From Nitrospinota bacterium (GTDB lineage: Bacteria; Nitrospinota; Nitrospinia; Nitrospinales; VA-1), in the NCBI GenBank assembly GCA_038108555.1, contig JAYNIA010000033.1, forward strand, positions 1-30,663: a stretch of 30,663 bases of DNA, written 5' to 3'. This document shows, one piece after another, positions 29,427 to 30,663 of this stretch (position 1 is its first letter; every line of letters begins with the position of its first letter). A program made the position numbers and the translations under genes. Below the pieces are notes generated by a model. The model was not told the DNA's origin, searched no databases, and saw nothing but the letters and a program-made list of their open reading frames with translations.

Positions 29427-30413
29427 ATGGAAGACTTAGAACTGGCGAAGGAACTGTTAAACGCCAAAAAAAATGTTATCAGTGAAATTCAAAAAGTAAT
29501 TGTCGGGCAGGATGAGGTTATTGAAGACCTGCTGGTTTCTATGTTTTCCAAAGGCCACTGTCTTTTCGTAGGCGTTCCAGGACTCGCTAAAACCCTTCTG
29601 GTAAGCACACTCGCAAAAGTTTTGAATTTGAACTTCAGCCGAATCCAGTTCACACCCGACCTGATGCCTTCGGACATCACCGGGACAGACATCCTCCATG
29701 AAGACACGGCTTCCGGTAAAAGGTCATTCCAGTTCATCAAAGGACCTATTTTTTCCAATATAATATTGGCCGACGAGATCAATCGAACCCCACCCAAAAC
29801 TCAGGCCGCATTACTGCAGGCCATGCAGGAAAAACAGGTAACGGTGGGAGGAAACACTTATCCCCTCGATCCACCCTTCCTGGTATTTGCAACCCAAAAT
29901 CCCATTGAACATGAAGGTACCTACCCTCTTCCGGAGGCCCAACTCGACCGGTTCATGTTTATCATCAACGTGGCCTACCCGACGAAAGAACAAGAAATTA
30001 AAATTGCCCTATCCACCACATCAGGCCAGTTGCCAGAATTGAAACCGGTTCTGAATGCAGAACAGGTGTTAAATTTTCAGGATCTGGTTCCACGCGTCCC
30101 GGTTTCTGAACATGTGGCTCGTTATGCTGTGGAGTTGGTCCAGAGCACCCGTCCCCAACTGAATGGAAATGCTCCTGACTTTGTTAAGGAGTGGATCGAT
30201 TGGGGCGCCGGACCGCGTGCATCACAATATCTGATTTTAGGAGCCAAGGCAAAAGCCTTGATGGACAATCGCGTTGCAACCACCATTGAAGATGTCAAAG
30301 CAGTCACCCGGCAAGTGTTGGAACATCGGATTATCTTGAACTTCAAAGCCGAGGCGGAGAATATCAAAGTCACCGATGTGATAGGGAAGTTGCTGACAGC
30401 TGTAAAACCTTAG
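29427..30413 (+). CDS. moxR: MoxR-family AAA+ ATPase
   Basis: GVPGLAKT, RIQFTPDLMPSD, LADEINR, ATQNPIEHEGTYPLPEAQLDRF. Confidence 0.95.
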   Translation: MEDLELAKELLNAKKNVISEIQKVIVGQDEVIEDLLVSMFSKGHCLFVGVPGLAKTLLVSTLAKVLNLNFSRIQFTPDLMPSDITGTDILHEDTASGKRSFQFIKGPIFSNIILADEINRTPPKTQAALLQAMQEKQVTVGGNTYPLDPPFLVFATQNPIEHEGTYPLPEAQLDRFMFIINVAYPTKEQEIKIALSTTSGQLPELKPVLNAEQVLNFQDLVPRVPVSEHVARYAVELVQSTRPQLNGNAPDFVKEWIDWGAGPRASQYLILGAKAKALMDNRVATTIEDVKAVTRQVLEHRIILNFKAEAENIKVTDVIGKLLTAVKP

Positions 30414-30423
30414 AACCTATATA

Positions 30424-30663
30424 CTACTTATTTTTGTACAAGCTTCCCACGCGAAATCCGCCACGGTCTTCCTGATCGATGCTTGTTTGGCGGGTGTCTT
30501 CTTCATCCAGTTTACCTAGAGCCTCGGAAACTTCCGCCTGGTAGTTTTTAACTTTTTGATACAGGGGATGTTTGATGTCCAGCTTCAGGTTGGTGAGTGC
30601 CGCAGTGAAATCTCCCTTGCCATCAGGAGTTATTTTACAAACCAACTCACCGGAGTTGTCATC
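30424..30663 (-). CDS. Hypothetical protein, C-terminal part (5' end outside the window)
   Basis: Frame is open from the window edge (DDNSGELVCKITPDG...) to the stop at 30424. Confidence 0.6.
   Translation of the reverse strand, partial: DDNSGELVCKITPDGKGDFTAALTNLKLDIKHPLYQKVKNYQAEVSEALGKLDEEDTRQTSIDQEDRGGFRVGSLYKNK

Overview
A bacterial chromosomal segment, probably from Nitrospinota or a Nitrospirota-like lineage. This is inferred from the style of the AtpE/AtpF sequences, the ferredoxin and the c-type cytochromes; no search was run. From left to right: (1) a decayed, AT-rich two-component locus, with a PAS histidine kinase split by a frameshift and a receiver protein cut by an IS3-like end at the window edge; (2) a secreted DsrE-like protein and a ~150-bp palindromic repeat; (3) a complete F1Fo operon atpI/Z-B-E-F-H-A-G-D-C on the minus strand; (4) a 2x[4Fe-4S] ferredoxin; (5) holB-PSP1(ricT)-metG-TatD/radical-SAM fusion; (6) an accessory cluster of periplasmic and redox genes (unknown secreted protein, DUF4399, His-rich cytochrome c, DUF2892, a cytochrome c pseudogene, a triheme cytochrome c, DUF5069, DUF423), in which two promoters share an identical operator/promoter architecture; (7) a minus-strand operon of His/Met-rich anchored protein-parvulin-msrA-MauG-like diheme enzyme; (8) SPFH-DUF4175-like-TPR/gluzincin peptidase-MoxR. 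The best leads for something undescribed are the shared TGTAGTA-N4-TACTACA regulon over the cytochrome cluster, the atypical MauG-like enzyme operon, and the peptidase/MoxR envelope module. Family assignments come from motif recognition by eye.
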